Below, piece by piece: positions 60,001 to 64,000 of a DNA stretch of 64,000 nucleotides. The stretch is from Phaeosaccion multiseriatum (Eukaryota > Protista > Ochrophyta, other classes). The stretch lies in contig OZ218952.1 of the NCBI GenBank assembly GCA_965112735.1, positions 1,240,001-1,304,000 of the forward strand, read 5' to 3'. The translations under genes and the position numbers were made by a program. Under the pieces are notes generated by a model, which had not been told where the DNA came from, did no database searches, and was given only the letters and a program-made list of their open reading frames with translations. Each line of letters begins with the position of its first letter. Position 1 is the stretch's first letter.

Positions 60001-62275
60001 ATGTGGGCAAAGGCGGGGGGCAGCAGAGCACGGCCATCACGCTGGGCCACGAGGACTTGCTCAGCCTCTACACCTCGGCCATTGTGTTTGTGCTCAAGAG
60101 GAGGGGAGGCATGGCAGATCAGGTACGGTCAGAGCAGTCAGTTGAAAGGACTCGGATGCTTTTGCAGGTATTTGGCCTGGTTTGGGCCTTGCGTGCTGTG
60201 CACGTGTGCCCACCTACAACTGTAAATGGGCGGGAGGGAGGGAGATGAGGGGGCCCAATGATTCATGCATCTCTGTTTGTATACCGTCCCTCTCTTTACT
60301 CCGCAATTGACCCCTCTTTTCTCTCTTTCTCTCTCGGTCGCTCCCATCCCCCCCCCTCTCTGACTCTCCTCCTCCTTCCTCCTTCCCTTCTCTCAGTTGG
60401 TGGAATGGGGCTTTGTTCCCCGAGTGGTGTCCCTCCTCGACAAGGCCGTGGATGTTGGAGCTCGAGGTGTGCCCATGATGTCTTGCGTCCGCCTCTTGCA
60501 CGAACTTGCCTCCTGGCGCCAATGCGTAGAAGCAATGGTGGCCTCCAACGTCGGAGTTGGACCCTCTTTCTTGCAGTGTTTAACCCCGCCTTTACCCAGA
60601 GACTCGGGCTTCATCATGGAGGCGCTGAAGCGTATCTTCGCAGTGACGAATGCACATGGGTGGTTGGACATGGCTCAGAACGCGGTGGAGTACGGAATTG
60701 TCAATTTTTTGGTCCTGCGAGTGTTGGAGGAGCCTTCGCTGAACGGAGTCAGTGACGCCAGGTGGGTGGGTGAGGGGAGGAGAGGAGAGGAGAGGACAGC
60801 ATAAGATGGGATGGAAAGAGAAAGGGGGAGGGGCAAGGGGCTTTGTCGTCGGTGGCAGAGGGCAAGCTACAGCAGGCATGAACCTTTTTTTTGGGCTTGA
60901 AGAGCGTGTATGGATGACCCCGCTCCCCCCTGTGTGTCCCGTCCCGGCCCTCTCCTCTCCTCTTGTCTTGTCTTGCTCTCATGTGGTTGTGCTTCCTCCC
61001 TTCCTTCCTTCCTTCCCTCCTCTTTGCGTGGACAGTGCGACCAAGGTACACACCATCGACCTCTTGAAGGCCCTCAGCCAGAACGGCATGGTTGGGGAAG
61101 TGGTGCGAGAGCAACTCGGGGCGCTGCCGGCCTGGGGCAAGTACCAGCATCAGGACCACTCCCTCTTCCTCACTAGAGAGAACAAGGTGGACTACTTCCT
61201 CATGAATGATAAGGCCGTGGGGGATAGGCTCCTCCTCACGGGGGGCGGGCAGAGCACGGGACAGGGGCAAGGGCAGCAGAACATTCCGTTTGCGCAGCAG
61301 GGCCAGAGCGCAGCAGCTCCGGCTCCATCATCAGCAGCAGCACCTTCGAGCTTCCCAACCATGCGGACTGGCTACGCTACTGGGGAGGTGGTGGCGAATG
61401 GCATTGGGGTGGACAACGGAGGCAGCGGCAGCAGCAGCGGCAGCACTCAGGTGGCAGGGGGAATGGGCACGTTCTCGACCCCATCAGCAGCTCCTCCCAC
61501 TGCCAATGGTAACGGCCACCTATCGGCAAACCCCTCCGGAATGCCCTCATTCGGCGCGTCTCTACCGTCTGCTGGCGGGCCCTCGGCCGCTGGGACGGGA
61601 GGGCTTGCTGGCACCAGCACACTGCCTGTTGCTGCTTCGGCCCAACCCTCGGCGAGCATCTCGCTGAGCAGCGGCAGCTCTCTCGCTCCGAGTGCGAATG
61701 TGGCGTCTGGAGCTGGGGCAGGAGGAGGAGGAGGAGGAGAAGGAGGAGGAGGAGATCCCTTGTCTGGCTTCTTCGACTTTGATCCCATGGCGCCGAGTCA
61801 AGGAGGCACAACTTCGCGGCCACCAGCCCCAGCGGGCCCGTCGGGGGCTTTGCTGTCGTCGCCCCTCGCCCCCCCTGCTGCTGTCGTTTCCTCACTAGGA
61901 GGAGCGACGGGAGGAGGGATGGGGGGAATAGCTCAGAACGGCGCCGCTACTGCAGCTGCTGTTGCGCCAATATCAGCACTGCCCCTCTCAGGCTCAGTAG
62001 GTGGAGGTGTTGGTAGTATCCTCAACCTCGTCGTCGTCAAGGGAGACTGGGGGCTGGGTCTAGAGCTGCGCAAGGAGAAGCGAGGCGCGACGGACGCGGC
62101 CATTGTCAAGCTCGTCAAGCCGGAGGCTCAGTTCGCAGGGGGTGCGGCTCTGCAGTGCGGAGACGTCATTACGGCGGTGAACGGGGTGGGGTGCGGCAGC
62201 TTCGGCCGAGCCGTGACGCTGCTCAAGGCCGCCGAGGGACACATTCGGGTGCAAGTGGAGCGGCCTGCGGTGTGA
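50965..62275 (+). CDS. DNAJC13: RME-8/DNAJC13/GRV2 orthologue (multi-exon) with C-terminal PDZ domain
   Basis: N-terminal 'RSWRTDNKRVLALG..VTNTYPY'. IWN repeats PDLIWNQ, PEVIWD, RIWRADMR and PELIWTAEMR. GYF-like WYY..HGPV. J-domain RKAYRSMARKYHPDKNPQGRDMF. YKYPGYPLL. Confidence 0.93.
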
Positions 62276-62479
62276 CTTTTGTACAGCGTTACTTTTTTTT
62301 TTACAACTGGCACTTAAACTGAGACCCCTTTTGGACCATTTATTATTACCCCGGGGGAACCTTTTTTTTTCTCTTCCTCCTCCTCCCCTTGCCTCTCAAG
62401 ACTTCTCTCTCCTTCCTCTAGCAAGAGAACGCCTGAAATAATAAACAGAGGGGAGTGGTAGCACGCAAGGGGTCCAAAG

Positions 62480-63433
62480 ATGATGCGCGTACTGGTCCAG
62501 AAGAAGATATACCAGTACTCTCCGCCGGCCGAGAGGAGGGGGGAGGAACTTGTTTGCTATCCCTCCCCTCCCCCTCACGATCTCACATCACAGCGGATCT
62601 CGAGGGAGAGGGGAATACAAACCGGGAAATGGACAACCAATTGGGAGAATACCTCGCTGATTGTGGAGACGGGAAGTCGAAAGCAGATGGAAGAGAAAGT
62701 GCTCCAGCAGCTTTCCACCAACAATGATAACGAAGGTACGCCTACCCAACAGCGGAGTGATGGCAAGAGCAAGGATTCGGAGGGTCACAGCGCAGTTGAT
62801 GTGAGAATGGGCAAGGAAAACAAGGGAGAGACAATCTTCAAAGTCCTTGCTCCCATGGAAGAGGGCGGAGGTGGACGATACATCAAGCTTGGTCGACTGG
62901 ATGAGACCGGCACCTTTGCTCTCAACGCGGCTCTTGGTGGCGGTGCTGATGCTTATGAGACTGCTTCTGATGGTAGCGGCGAGGATACTGTCAGGGAGAC
63001 GAGCGAGGCCCTCTCGGGAGCCTCAACTGTGGAAGCGGTGATGGAGCGGCTCGGCATGACTGAAGAACTGAAGCTGACTGCAGTGGCAGACGACGACATC
63101 GCTGCTGCCCAGGGTCGGACGGCCGTGAAAGGAGGCATGACAGTGTATGCAAAGACGGACCCCTGCCTACTGCCCAAGAAGGTGACCAAGGACGAGGGGG
63201 GGGACGAGAATGATGACGGTGAAGAGCTTTTTGTGCGTCCGGTGATGAGCATACTGCAAAAGCAGGAGTTTCAGGTCAACATCCTGTTCAAGGGGGAGAG
63301 TCACACGATCAAGACCGATTGCAGGAGCGTGCCGGCCTTAGCCCGTGAAATTGCAAACCTCACCGGCGTGCCTCCTAAGAAGCAGGAGCTGTCGTTCATT
63401 CACTACCCCAGAGAGGAAGAGAAAGAGGGCGAG
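62480..63433 (+). CDS. Hypothetical protein with ubiquitin-like segment, 3'-partial
   Basis: Open frame from the ATG at 62480 to a GTGAG donor at ~63434, ending FQVNILFKGESHTIK...AREIANLTGVPPKKQELSF. It is absent from the ORF track, presumably because no stop is reached in the window. Confidence 0.55.
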
Positions 63434-63474
63434 GTGAGAGCGGAGGCGGACAAGGAAGGAGAATGGCAGTCAAC

Positions 63475-64000
63475 TCCCTCCCTCCCTCAGTCACTCACTC
63501 CCTGCATCCCTCTCTCCTCTCACTCCCTCCCCCCCTCCCTCCTTCCGTGCTACCCATCGTCTATCCCTCCCTCCCTCCCTCCCTCCCTCCCTGCCTCCCT
63601 GCCTCCCCGCCTCCCTGCCCCCCCCCCCTCCCTCCTTCCCTCCCTCTCGCCCTCCCTCCATTCCCACCTACCCACCTCCCTCCCTCCCTTCCTTCCTTCC
63701 TCCCTCCCTCCCTCCCTCCCTCCCTCCCTCCCTCCCTCCCTCCCTCCCTCCCTCCCTCCCTCCCTCCCTCCCTCCCTCCCTCCCTCCCTCCCTCCCTCCC
63801 TCCCTCCCTCCCTCCCTCCCTCCCTCCCTGCCTCCCTGCCTCCCCGCCTCCCTGCCCCCCCCCCCTCCCTCCTTCCCTCCCTCTCTCCCTCCCTCCATTC
63901 CCACCTACCCACCTCCCTCCCTCCCTTCCTTCCTTCCTCCCTCCCTCCCTCCCTCTCTCCCTCCCTCCCTCCCTCCCTCCCTCCCTCCCTCCCTCCCTCC
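63475..64000 (+). repeat. (CCCT)n intronic microsatellite
   Basis: Direct reading. Confidence 0.9.

Noticed and set aside
63475-64000. Telomere at the window end
   Set aside because: The unit is CCCT, not CCCTAA or CCCTAAA; it follows a splice donor and occurs in other introns.

Overview
Eukaryotic nuclear DNA: GC-rich, with many GT-AG introns filled with (GGGA/CCCT)n, (GT)n and (GAGT)n microsatellites. A plastid-type bipartite presequence suggests an ochrophyte or eustigmatophyte-like alga (inference). Apparently intact host genes are a Q-rich CCDC66/CSPP1-like coiled-coil gene, a plastid MalY/PatB-type PLP enzyme, a GT31 galactosyltransferase, an acidic tandem PH/PTB-like protein, and RME-8/DNAJC13 carrying an unusual C-terminal PDZ domain. 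Most of 4.3-44.9 kb is a patchwork of mobile DNA and orphan gene fragments. The standout is a ~5.1-kb segment bounded by long inverted repeats (11682-16821) holding a spliced, frame-intact gene of about 938 codons whose C-terminus has two LAGLIDADG-like motifs; deleted, inverted relatives form a ~2-kb foldback at 4.5-7.4 kb. Also present: a 5-kb CCCT satellite punctuated by a conserved hairpin motif and invaded by nested TIR elements, a tRNA-Cys abutting a second tRNA 3' remnant, a spliced DUF3987-like P-loop gene, a decayed Zisupton/KDZ-like transposase with an embedded DEDDy exonuclease and R3H domain, and fragments of DNA-PKcs, a USP protease, the PLP enzyme and PFKFB. All family assignments come from reading motifs by eye; no searches were run.
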